Positions 52,503 to 60,790 of a stretch of DNA of 64,000 bases are shown one piece after another. The notes under the pieces were generated by a model. That model did not search any database. It was given only the letters and a program-made list of their open reading frames with translations, and was not told where the DNA came from. Where the stretch lies: IMG/VR virus record IMGVR_UViG_3300045988_108221, positions 1 to 64,000 of that record. One strand, written 5' to 3'. A program made the position numbers and the translations under genes. Source of the DNA: a virus. Position 1 is the first letter of the stretch; each line of letters opens with the position of its first letter.

Positions 52503-52922
52503 TTATGGTGTAATGTCATAAACTTTAAACTCGATGCGTGGATGCTCGCTATAGCGTTTTCTACAGATTACATCGCACACTTGGTTATCATCATGCCATA
52601 CGATGCCACTCAATGCATCCATGACACCTTTTAATACGTTATCAACATCTGGTTTTTTAGTCGGTAGAATTAAGCCTGACTTCATATCTTCACGGTCTTT
52701 CTTGCGACCACCAGATGGTATTTTACGGTAAATATCAAGTTCAAACAGTAATGGCACTTCCGTTACATCTTTTGGATGTTCGATTGAGTCTTTAATCAGT
52801 TGTTTATAAGCCTTTGACTTCGGAGGGTCATATGCTCTTACGAAACGACCTCGTCCGCATAGGCGTGGACGACCTTGTGGAACAGGTTCTCCCATTACTG
52901 TTGCTGAATAAATTAATTTCAA
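52503..52922 (-). CDS. rusA: RusA-type Holliday junction resolvase
   Basis: GEPVPQGRPR near the N-terminus and KPDVDNVLKGVMDALSGIVWHDDNQV. Confidence 0.8.
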   Translation of the reverse strand: MKLIYSATVMGEPVPQGRPRLCGRGRFVRAYDPPKSKAYKQLIKDSIEHPKDVTEVPLLFELDIYRKIPSGGRKKDREDMKSGLILPTKKPDVDNVLKGVMDALSGIVWHDDNQVCDVICRKRYSEHPRIEFKVYDITP

Positions 52923-52925
52923 GTA

Positions 52926-53108
52926 CTAAACCTCCGCTTTATCATACAATCGACATAATGCATCTGTAATATCATCGCAAGCCTTGTCTACGAGATGAAC
53001 AGCTTCTTGTTTTGACAGGTCAGATTCTAACATTCGTCTTCGGACTTCTGCCTTTAGTTCATTAGTTCTATAATCAATAATCGCAAGCATGTGTAATTCT
53101 TTTACCAT
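52926..53108 (-). CDS. Small hypothetical protein
   Basis: SD TCGGAGAATAGACT-ATG. Confidence 0.5.
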   Translation of the reverse strand: MVKELHMLAIIDYRTNELKAEVRRRMLESDLSKQEAVHLVDKACDDITDALCRLYDKAEV

Positions 53109-53111
53109 AGT

Positions 53112-53738
53112 CTATTCTCCGATTGTAGCTTTGATTTTATCAACTTGTTCTTTTAAATGATTTATGTCTTTAGAGTTATTAATCACGAAGTCACATTGAG
53201 ATTTTAAATCATCAACAGATGTTTCTGACACATCGTTAAGTCTCGTTTCATTGCATGACCCATCTCTTTTCTTCATTCGTTTAATACGTTCTTTTTTGTT
53301 CGCTGAAATAAAGATTGCGACATTGAACGCTGGGTCTCCAACTTGTAGCTCTTTTAACATATCAAGCTCATTTTGATAACGACAATCAGTAACAATATAT
53401 CGACTTGGTTTATCTACCAGTAGTTGATTCTTTAAGACAACAATCCAAAAGTCTTTAAACAATGACCGCAAACCATTGCCAAGTGCTTGTAGATGTTTCC
53501 GTTGTTTGCCATCTAAGACGGTTTTCTCAATCGTTTGTACCACAGGTAGAATACCTTGTAATTCTTCGATTGAATATCCACTCAGGTCTGACAAATATTT
53601 CATGCCTGCATCTACACCATCAGATTGAATAATGGATACCATTTCTTTGATTGCATCTGCGTAGGCATACTGTGGAATATCATTAAACATTTCAGCAACA
53701 GTATCTTTACCAACGCCAGCACGACCAATTAATATCAT
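53112..53738 (-). CDS. Deoxynucleoside monophosphate kinase-like P-loop protein
   Basis: N-terminal MILIGRAGVGKDT P-loop. Size and layout resemble phage dNMP kinases. Confidence 0.6.
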   Translation of the reverse strand: MILIGRAGVGKDTVAEMFNDIPQYAYADAIKEMVSIIQSDGVDAGMKYLSDLSGYSIEELQGILPVVQTIEKTVLDGKQRKHLQALGNGLRSLFKDFWIVVLKNQLLVDKPSRYIVTDCRYQNELDMLKELQVGDPAFNVAIFISANKKERIKRMKKRDGSCNETRLNDVSETSVDDLKSQCDFVINNSKDINHLKEQVDKIKATIGE

Positions 53739-54046
53739 TCGACTACCTCCGTTGTTCCAACGTCTTCGCTACAGGTCACAGGTTCAGCATCGAAGTTAAA
53801 GCTAAAGATTTTCTGTAAACGCTCTTGTGTGATATATTTCGTATGTTTGTTTTTATCTGGAAAATACAGTCTCACTCGTGGTGCTAAATAGCCAGCTTGA
53901 CTGCGTTCACCATGCAGTTTCGTACAAATGTAAAACTCGTCACCAACACGCAAGTCATTGACAAACGCTGTTCTCGATTGTCGGTGAATTGCAGTCACTC
54001 GGTAACGGTCAACAGTACGAAACTCTTGAGTTTTTATGTTTAACAT
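53735..54046 (-). CDS. Hypothetical protein
   Basis: Start moved to MLNIKTQEF (TAATG junction). Confidence 0.5.
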   Translation of the reverse strand: MLNIKTQEFRTVDRYRVTAIHRQSRTAFVNDLRVGDEFYICTKLHGERSQAGYLAPRVRLYFPDKNKHTKYITQERLQKIFSFNFDAEPVTCSEDVGTTEVVE

Positions 54047-54918
54047 TACTTTTTTATCCTTTCTTGATAATATGGACAACAATATGATACACTACAATAG
54101 TCTTTACATTTGCGACCCATTGGATATGTCTTGGACACCCATCGGTCTTTTGCAGAACACTCTCGTGGTAATTCTTGTTTGGCGATGGCATTTACCAAGG
54201 CATCCTTTTTGTATAACGCATAATCAAGCAACCTCTGGTCGTTCATCTTGGGTAGCTGTATTAGATAACATTGTTTATCTAAATTGAATGTCTTGATTGT
54301 ATTAATTGGCTCTTTGATAATCACTTGTAAGAACATGTCATTGATTGGTATACCATGCTTATTTAACAGTATTCTATATAAATTTTGTTGCTTGCAGTAA
54401 TCTCCATAATGGTGTAAACCATCGTATACCCATTGTTGTCGCATCTCGGTTTCACCCTTGCGTTTACCACGAGTGATTGTATATGGTCTCCACAATGGTC
54501 TTCCGCCCATCATTGTCGCACACTTGTATGCACCAACGACTTTGTAATCATACAAGGTATGATGCTCTAAGTCAATACAGTCCATCTGACCTGTGAGACC
54601 TTGATAATTCAACCGAAACTCACCTGCGTAATTCTGCGGTAGACAATTCTCAAGAATACCATGCACGGATGTACCGACTGTCGCAGCAATCGAAGAGAAT
54701 GGGTTGATTGTCTCTGGGTTGTTTGCCTTGAGATACATGTATAATGTTGGAGACAATACCTCGGTGACTGAGAAGTGGTCTCTATTTAAATTCCTGAGAC
54801 GACTTGCATTTACAAGCAAAGGTTTTGCAAGACACCGTTGCCCCATTCGACATTCTTTCATACAGTCTTTAACCAGTATGGTTTTGCCGTCAGGGCACAG
54901 AAAGGAGTTTTCTTTCAT
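54046..54918 (-). CDS. Cas4/RecB-like PD-(D/E)XK exonuclease with Cys cluster
   Basis: N-terminal Cys residues, IDLEHHTLYDYKV (D..D.K) and C-terminal CKDYCSVSYCCPYY. First gene after a consensus promoter. Confidence 0.65.
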   Translation of the reverse strand: MKENSFLCPDGKTILVKDCMKECRMGQRCLAKPLLVNASRLRNLNRDHFSVTEVLSPTLYMYLKANNPETINPFSSIAATVGTSVHGILENCLPQNYAGEFRLNYQGLTGQMDCIDLEHHTLYDYKVVGAYKCATMMGGRPLWRPYTITRGKRKGETEMRQQWVYDGLHHYGDYCKQQNLYRILLNKHGIPINDMFLQVIIKEPINTIKTFNLDKQCYLIQLPKMNDQRLLDYALYKKDALVNAIAKQELPRECSAKDRWVSKTYPMGRKCKDYCSVSYCCPYYQERIKK

Positions 54919-54944
54919 ATATTCACCTGCTTTCGTATATACTT

Positions 54945-54973
54945 ATTATACAGTATTTTTCTATGTTTGTCAA
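54945..54973 (-). promoter_or_regulatory. Perfect consensus sigma70 promoter
   Basis: TTGACA, 17-nt spacer, TATAAT on the minus strand, about 25 nt upstream of the SD. Confidence 0.75.
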
Positions 54974-55006
54974 CAAATTTGCCACCCCTTTATAAACACA
55001 AAAAAA

Positions 55007-55043
55007 AGACCCAAGCGTGAAAGGAGGGAAAACGCTTGGGTCT
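55007..55043 (-). terminator. Strong intrinsic terminator closing the tRNA cassette
   Basis: AGACCCAAGCG-n15-CGCTTGGGTCT followed by TTTTTTTT on the minus strand. Confidence 0.8.
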
Positions 55044-55170
55044 TTTACATAGTACACTATGTTTAACGTGCTAGTGTGAACACTAAAGATGAAGATGATG
55101 GTTTGTAGAGGATTGCAAGTGTTTACATCTCTTGCGTGATGCTGTTATGTACATAACAGAAGTAGACGTG

Positions 55171-55245
55171 TGCACTCAGCAAGACTCGAACTTGCATAAC
55201 GAAAAAGATGATGAGAACCGTTGTTTTACATTAAACTATGAGTGC
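55171..55245 (-). pseudogene. tRNA-like element with intact acceptor, D and T arms but no foldable anticodon arm
   Basis: GCACTCA/TGAGTGC acceptor, GTTT..AAAC D stem, and GCAAG-TTCGAGT-CTTGC T arm. The central 27 nt do not form a 5-bp stem with a 7-nt loop. Confidence 0.35.
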
Positions 55246-55400
55246 ATGAGCGACTTGGGTTTTACCCCAAGTCAGTTAGGAGGAAAAATCATGCGTACCT
55301 CTTGGACTATTACCCAAGACATACGATGTATGCCAGCCGAATGGCAAACCCTTGAGTAAACCATTCGGTGATACAATGGCGTACCATATGCATCTGGCTC

Positions 55401-55490
55401 TGGAGGAAAGTGTGGGATTTGAACCCACGGAACATTTCTGTTCGACAGTTTTCAAGACTGTTGCATTAAACCAAACTCTGCCAACTTTCC
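55401..55490 (-). tRNA. tRNA-Ser (anticodon UGA), CCA encoded
   Basis: Hand-folded: GGAAAGT acceptor, ACAGT-CTTGAAA-ACTGT anticodon arm, long variable arm GAACA-gaaa-TGTTC, T arm GTGGG-TTCAAAT-CCCAC, 3' TCCA. Confidence 0.8.
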
Positions 55491-55587
55491 ATGTGAGTCG
55501 GCTGACAAAACAGCGTACGTCCGTTCTGTCTCTAACGGCAAGCCAGCTCATACCGACCACCTTATTAGCTAGATAAGATGGATTTAA

Positions 55588-55679
55588 TGGAGGATGGTAC
55601 AGGATTTGAACCTGTGGTCGTTTTAATGAACGACATCTCTTTAGCAAAGAGACTCAATAAACCACTCTGACAACCACCC
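55588..55679 (-). tRNA. tRNA-Ser (anticodon GCU), CCA encoded
   Basis: Hand-folded: GGGTGGT acceptor (one G-U pair), TCTCT-TTGCTAA-AGAGA anticodon arm, variable arm GTCGTT-cattaa-AACGAC, T arm ACAGG-TTCAAAT-CCTGT. Confidence 0.8.
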
Positions 55680-56098
55680 ATGTCTACCGCCACACAATCC
55701 TTGTTGTGTCATTCAACCACCGAAAGATTGCAATCTCGATGTCTTATGTTCGTATACGTCTATACTCATCGGCGGTAGGAGCTATAGCGTACCTGTTGTA
55801 GCTTGACAGGCTCAAGCGAGTTTTAACGTCTTCACAATGACGGCGGTCAATATAGAGCGGACTCTACATTTTTACACATGATGTTATCGTCTTGTCTGAC
55901 GGTGTAATTATGAGATTACACACCCCTGTTAGTTTTATCAAGGCTATCAGAAACTTGTTTTTGATGTTTGTTTGTCGCACATCAACCAAGCGACCTGTCT
56001 TTTACATCTATAGTGATGGTTTACAGTTGTCTCTGTCATGATTCTCGCTACATGCAACGCTCACTTTTGACACGGTAGGTAGCACCGTTTATGCTATT
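55680..56098 (-). ncRNA. ORF-free hairpin-rich spacer inside the tRNA transcription unit (possible small stable RNAs)
   Basis: Long-range CTACCGCC/GGCGGTAG pairing (55684/55771) plus hairpins ACACAA..TTGTGT, CCTGT..ACAGG and GGTGTAAT..ATTACACC. Lies between the cassette's promoter and terminator. Confidence 0.25.
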
Positions 56099-56158
56099 TG
56101 GGTCTCTTGGGAATCGAACCCAAGGTCAAGTATACTCGATTGCTTCCTGCAACGACCC
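56099..56158 (-). pseudogene. Truncated tRNA-like element (T arm plus acceptor only)
   Basis: TTGGG-TTCGATT-CCCAA followed by GAGACCCA. Only 60 nt, with no D or anticodon arm. Confidence 0.3.
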
Positions 56159-56241
56159 ATGTGTGTCAACGGATGTTACTCCGTTGACTATGTTAAGAAA
56201 GGAGGTGGACTAAGTAGGAACACAAACCTTAGTACACTATT

Positions 56242-56270
56242 ATAATAACATCTCCAACAGTACATGTCAA
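56242..56270 (-). promoter_or_regulatory. Sigma70-type promoter of the tRNA cassette
   Basis: TTGACA, 17-nt spacer, TATTAT on the minus strand, just after the helicase stop. Confidence 0.7.
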
Positions 56271-56294
56271 GTATTTATTTTAGATTTTTACGAT

Positions 56295-57455
56295 TTATGA
56301 GAAATAATTAATCTCTGATAGATGAGATGTTTTCTCGTCATACTTGAATTGGAATATATTGGCTGGCCCTCGTAATTTTCTACGAGTCTTACCAATTTTA
56401 ACATATGTATGGTTCTTGACTTTTTCTCTTTCGTCAAAATCAAGTTGCGTATCGGTGATATATGGTCGCCACAACAACAAAATAATATCTGCAATGGCTT
56501 TTAACGCATTAGAACCCTTGATGTACCTCAATATTGGTTCATATGGTTTCTTACTTTTTTCTTTCCCAAAGGTATTTTGAGATTCCTCGTTGAACTGGCA
56601 AAGCATAAACAAAATCAAGTTGAACTTTTTAACGTATTCTTTCATCTTGTTTGCATTTTTGGACAACACAGGAATGTCGTCAATATCAGGTATCAAGTGG
56701 AAATGGTCGAACACAACAAAATCCACAGGGAAATCGTTAGCATAACAAACCTCTGTAATCTTCTCAAGGTCTTCAATGGTTTTATTCGGCTCGTCAACAA
56801 AACGTACACGCTTGTCTAGCACAGCAGACACTTTTGAGTAAATCTCGATACCTGACTCCGTCTGCAACATCTCAAATAATTCGTCTTCTTCAACCCCAAG
56901 AATTTCCTTGACGATTTCAGCCAAGAATTGACCTCTTGGCATTTCCAAGGAGAAAATTAAGACATTATCATTAGAGTCCATTAATCGATGTGCAGCAACC
57001 TTGGCTGCAAAGAATGATTTACCTTGGTTGGTGTATGCACCAAGCAATACGATTTCTCTACGTTTAACACCATTGATTGCAAAATCCAAGGATGGAAAAC
57101 CAAGAGGAACACCCTCTTGACCGATGAATGTCTTCATGTCCTCAAACGAGTCATTAAACCCATGGACTTTTTCCCAAAGTTCTTCACTATTGGAAGCAGT
57201 CACATCGAGATAATTTTTGACATCTTCAATGGAACGCTCCCATCGTTTTGCCAGCATGGTGGCAATATCGGCAAGCACCATTTTGTCTGTTACCGACTTG
57301 CAGAACCGAGATGCTTTTTTATATTGGTCTTCTTTTCTTGGGTATTCTTCCAAAAGAACATTCAAACATGTAATATCTAATGGTTCAGTCTCAAGAGAGC
57401 CAATGTCAATATTTTGGACTAACAAGTCGTTGTAATCTTTACATTGTTTCTCCAT
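56295..57455 (-). CDS. dnaB: Replicative DNA helicase (DnaB family C-terminal domain)
   Basis: Walker A GAYTNQGKSFF, IFSLEM, Walker B VVFDHFHLI, and LCQFNEES. Confidence 0.8.
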   Translation of the reverse strand: MEKQCKDYNDLLVQNIDIGSLETEPLDITCLNVLLEEYPRKEDQYKKASRFCKSVTDKMVLADIATMLAKRWERSIEDVKNYLDVTASNSEELWEKVHGFNDSFEDMKTFIGQEGVPLGFPSLDFAINGVKRREIVLLGAYTNQGKSFFAAKVAAHRLMDSNDNVLIFSLEMPRGQFLAEIVKEILGVEEDELFEMLQTESGIEIYSKVSAVLDKRVRFVDEPNKTIEDLEKITEVCYANDFPVDFVVFDHFHLIPDIDDIPVLSKNANKMKEYVKKFNLILFMLCQFNEESQNTFGKEKSKKPYEPILRYIKGSNALKAIADIILLLWRPYITDTQLDFDEREKVKNHTYVKIGKTRRKLRGPANIFQFKYDEKTSHLSEINYFS

Positions 57456-57718
57456 TAGTCCTCCGATAACGTAATCACGGTATTGGATTTCTTATGGTAT
57501 TCATCAACATAATACTCATTGGTATTACCATTAAATGTTACTTCCCAGTATGTATGGTCGTAATCATCATGTGTTGACATAACCAATGCTTTGTGGTTTT
57601 TCAATGTTTTTGAGAACCATACAATATTTAAGGACTCGAATACTTCATCGATTTTATTGTCTTCGACATACATAGTATACCATACGGCTTCAATACAATT
57701 ATCAATAAATTTGCCCAT
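57455..57718 (-). CDS. Hypothetical protein
   Basis: Start moved to MGKFIDNCIE behind ACAGGAGGTTAC. TAATG junction with the helicase gene. Confidence 0.5.
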   Translation of the reverse strand: MGKFIDNCIEAVWYTMYVEDNKIDEVFESLNIVWFSKTLKNHKALVMSTHDDYDHTYWEVTFNGNTNEYYVDEYHKKSNTVITLSED

Positions 57719-57815
57719 GTAACCTCCTGTGGTGTTCAATAATGTTCTTCCCAAGTTCGTAAACAATCGGTATAGACACGGAATTACCAGCTTGTTTATA
57801 TAACTGTGCGTTCGA

Positions 57816-58604
57816 TTATATCTTCGCACAGGTTTCAAATTGTTCATCAGTAAACCCCTGTAATCGCCAAAACTCCCTTGGGGTCAACTTGCGTATTACA
57901 TTAGGATTTTTCGACAATAAAATCTTTGGTTCAATACCACCACCCTTGACACACGTCAAAGTCGGTGATAAGCCATGTGGTGAATATATACGACCTCGTT
58001 GTGGATTGCCACCAAAAGATGTTGTCTTGATTATATTTCCGACTTGAATAATAGATTGTTCGCTTTGGTCTGGTCGGTATAATACTTCGGATGGACATTC
58101 GTTTCCAAGGTGTCCGATAACGAACAACCTTTCACGGTTTTGCGGAAGTCCAAAGTCTTTTGTGTTGTACACACGCCATGCGATACTGTACCCTGCTTTG
58201 TCCATTTCAGACAAAACGCCGTAAAATCCCCATCCGTTATCAATTGACAAGAGGTTTTTAACATTCTCAATAAGCAACCATTTGGGTTTATGTTTTGTTT
58301 CATTCAATAACCTCGTGACTTCGTAAAATAAACCGCTTCGTGTGTTTCCCATGCCGTCTTTCAGTCCAGCAATGGAAACATCTTGACATGGGAAACCGAA
58401 GCACCATAAGTCTGCATACGGCATCTCTGTACCGTTTAATGCACGAACATCTGGTGAAAACCAAAGATTATCCGTTGGGTATAACGCACGGTATGATTCT
58501 TGTGCGTATTTATCTTGTTCGCACCAACCAACGCACTTCATGCCAGCCTTGGTTAAGCCATAATGAAAACCGCCAATGCCAGCGAATAAATCAATGAATT
58601 TCAT
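57816..58604 (-). CDS. DNA (cytosine-5)-methyltransferase
   Basis: Motifs I FAGIGGF, IV GFPCQDVS, VI ENVKNL, VIII QNRERLF and X LTPREFWRLQGF. Confidence 0.9.
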   Translation of the reverse strand: MKFIDLFAGIGGFHYGLTKAGMKCVGWCEQDKYAQESYRALYPTDNLWFSPDVRALNGTEMPYADLWCFGFPCQDVSIAGLKDGMGNTRSGLFYEVTRLLNETKHKPKWLLIENVKNLLSIDNGWGFYGVLSEMDKAGYSIAWRVYNTKDFGLPQNRERLFVIGHLGNECPSEVLYRPDQSEQSIIQVGNIIKTTSFGGNPQRGRIYSPHGLSPTLTCVKGGGIEPKILLSKNPNVIRKLTPREFWRLQGFTDEQFETCAKI

Positions 58605-58618
58605 GTAGACCTCCTGTG

Positions 58619-58966
58619 TTATATTTTTACCGTGTATAACTTTGGTCGTATCTCATAACCAATACCACCGTCTGCATCTCGAATAAACCGAACGTCTACC
58701 AAGTGAGAAATGGCACTCATGGGTAGATTACGCAATTCTTCTTCGGTATCTCTAGCAGCAAGATGCCAAAGTATTACCGTTTCCAAACTGGTTAAAATAT
58801 TTTTACAAAACGCATTTGTAACCCATTGTATCATATCTAAGCGTGGTTCGTCAACGTATCTTTTTGACTTAATGTTTTGGTCTACAGATGGCATCACATA
58901 ATTTGTCTTCAACACGGTCAATATCTTTTGTTCTAATGTCATTGAATCATCCTTAGTGTCTAACAT
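58619..58966 (-). CDS. Hypothetical protein
   Basis: Start overlaps the upstream ORF end. Confidence 0.5.
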   Translation of the reverse strand: MLDTKDDSMTLEQKILTVLKTNYVMPSVDQNIKSKRYVDEPRLDMIQWVTNAFCKNILTSLETVILWHLAARDTEEELRNLPMSAISHLVDVRFIRDADGGIGYEIRPKLYTVKI

Positions 58967-59427
58967 GAGATATCTTCTATTTGATAGAATGTATCATGTA
59001 AAATAAGTCTGCCATCTGCTTGCATCTCATAATGACCTAGTTTGAAATAAGCATTATCATATGTACGACTAAAGCCACCAAGTTGTTCATAACGATTATT
59101 TAACGCACAGAACTTTAAAAACATTTCTTGTTGTCCTGTGGTAAACTTACGAAGAACTTCTGGATACTTCTCAGGCTCATCTAAGAAATCATAAAAGTCT
59201 ACGCTATTGAAGCCGATGGTTTCATGAAAGACTTCATCTAAATGCTGTTCATCATATTGCCCTAAAGCCATAGAGATAATATCGTATTCTTCATTATCTG
59301 CTTTTTCTTTAAGAATCAACTCAGACCACTTATGTTTGGCTGCACTTAGATGAAAAAACATATATTCAGGACTTTCGATATAATCTTCGTATTCTCCTGA
59401 GCATAACGCCAAAATGTAAACATCCAT
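58960..59427 (-). CDS. Hypothetical acidic protein
   Basis: SD TAGGAGGTGGTTTAATA-ATG. Confidence 0.6.
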   Translation of the reverse strand: MDVYILALCSGEYEDYIESPEYMFFHLSAAKHKWSELILKEKADNEEYDIISMALGQYDEQHLDEVFHETIGFNSVDFYDFLDEPEKYPEVLRKFTTGQQEMFLKFCALNNRYEQLGGFSRTYDNAYFKLGHYEMQADGRLILHDTFYQIEDISC

Positions 59428-59441
59428 TATTAAACCACCTC

Positions 59442-59990
59442 CTAATCGTTATGTTGTTTACCTGTGTACCATTCTTGATGTTCGCTATTGTCGTTTTCAA
59501 TATGGATTACGATGTCGTTATTAAACAGATATGTCAACAAACCTTCTTTGGTTTGAAACATATTTTTGTCCACGACATTCCAAGATTGATGGTCAACATA
59601 TGCATCGACCTTACTAGAGTCACCGTATTCTTCTGGTAGATTGACAACAATATCTAATTCGTTTAACCATTGGATTACTTGTTTGAAAAATGGGTCTTCT
59701 TTAATAACACCCCAAGTTTTATACTGGTAGACGGACGACATAAGGTAACTTAGCTTTTCTGCTGGAGAAGATAACACATCAAATCCCCAACCGTATTCAT
59801 CAAAGTACAAAGGCATATACGAATACATTTCATATTCCTTTGGCTTCTTTGTTAGATGCAATTCTTTTGTGGCGAAACACAAGTCGTCTTTTGGTTTGTA
59901 ATTGTAATCACGCAAGACCGTGTTTTTGTATGCCAACGAATGTGCAGAACTAGAGTTTGTTTCAAAAACTCCGTTGCGTATTAATTTCAT
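59442..59990 (-). CDS. Hypothetical protein, FETNSSS-motif family, paralog 2
   Basis: Start moved to MKLIRNGVFETNSSSAHSLAY behind TAGGAGGAAACAA. Shares DPFF.QVIQWL and MF.TKE.L..YLFNN.IVI with 60296..60790. Confidence 0.6.
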   Translation of the reverse strand: MKLIRNGVFETNSSSAHSLAYKNTVLRDYNYKPKDDLCFATKELHLTKKPKEYEMYSYMPLYFDEYGWGFDVLSSPAEKLSYLMSSVYQYKTWGVIKEDPFFKQVIQWLNELDIVVNLPEEYGDSSKVDAYVDHQSWNVVDKNMFQTKEGLLTYLFNNDIVIHIENDNSEHQEWYTGKQHND

Positions 59991-60000
59991 TTGTTTCCTC

Positions 60001-60282
60001 CTATTTGGCAACCCAATAATCAACAGTTTTCACCTTATGCTCGACTTCGATAAAACGAATAAGATGTCTTTTCTTGTTATTGTATTCTTCGTAACATTCT
60101 AACATATAATAACGACCATTAGACCCCATGTATATATCTTGAACCTTAGCATAAAGACTATCGAAGTATAACACAATATGTTTAACTCGGTCTAAACATG
60201 ACGGCATCATGTCAACATCACAACGAATACCAACTTGGGATTCCAATAGACATTCCAATGAATGTTGGTCTTGTGAATCCAT
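60001..60282 (-). CDS. Hypothetical protein
   Basis: SD AGGGAGGAGTACTA-ATG. Confidence 0.55.
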   Translation of the reverse strand: MDSQDQHSLECLLESQVGIRCDVDMMPSCLDRVKHIVLYFDSLYAKVQDIYMGSNGRYYMLECYEEYNNKKRHLIRFIEVEHKVKTVDYWVAK

Positions 60283-60295
60283 TAGTACTCCTCCC

Positions 60296-60790
60296 TTAGT
60301 ACTCTGCCATTACCTCATATTGGCGAACATCAATCACGATATTATTATCAAACAAATATTTGTATAAATCTTCTTTGGTTTTAAACATTTCTTGCTTAAC
60401 AACACCATTGGTAGGAACTGATTCAACAATGTCGTCTACATCGTACCCAATTTCTTCTAAATAGATTCCGATGTCAGATAACCATTGTTTTATCTGTAGA
60501 TAAAATGGGTCACCAAACACTTCGTCAACCAAAGATTCGCTATAGATTTCCATTAGTAAAAACCATAGTTTATCTTGTGGTGTTGACAATGTTTGTTCTT
60601 TCCATACATAATCCGTAAAGTGGACTTCCCAAGACTGGTCGTTAAACATCGGAGTAAAACCAAGAACCCCAAACTGTTGTGTAATTGTTTGTGTTTGTGG
60701 CGGTTTAGCCAATTGTAATCTTGCGACATATGCCATAGAATGACAAGAAGAACTGTTGGTTTCAAATACGCCTACTCGCTTAAGAATCAT
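60296..60790 (-). CDS. Hypothetical protein, FETNSSS-motif family, paralog 1
   Basis: Start moved to MILKRVGVFETNSSSCHSMAY behind ACAGGAGGTGTCGC. Confidence 0.6.
   Translation of the reverse strand: MILKRVGVFETNSSSCHSMAYVARLQLAKPPQTQTITQQFGVLGFTPMFNDQSWEVHFTDYVWKEQTLSTPQDKLWFLLMEIYSESLVDEVFGDPFYLQIKQWLSDIGIYLEEIGYDVDDIVESVPTNGVVKQEMFKTKEDLYKYLFDNNIVIDVRQYEVMAEY

Noticed and set aside
55132-55647. Track ORFs 55132..55359 (+), 55276..55647 (-) and 55352..55576 (+)
   Set aside because: They run through the two tRNA-Ser genes and the tRNA-like element, and none has an SD.
55684-55778. A third full tRNA closed by the CTACCGCC/GGCGGTAG stem
   Set aside because: It is 95 nt long with no T-loop consensus, the putative anticodon loop has 8 nt, and the 5' end is not G. 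It is treated as part of the structured spacer.
56099-56158. tRNA 3' fragment as an attP core for integration into a host tRNA gene
   Set aside because: It lies 29 kb from the only recombinase gene and inside a phage tRNA transcription unit. A decayed phage tRNA is the simpler explanation.
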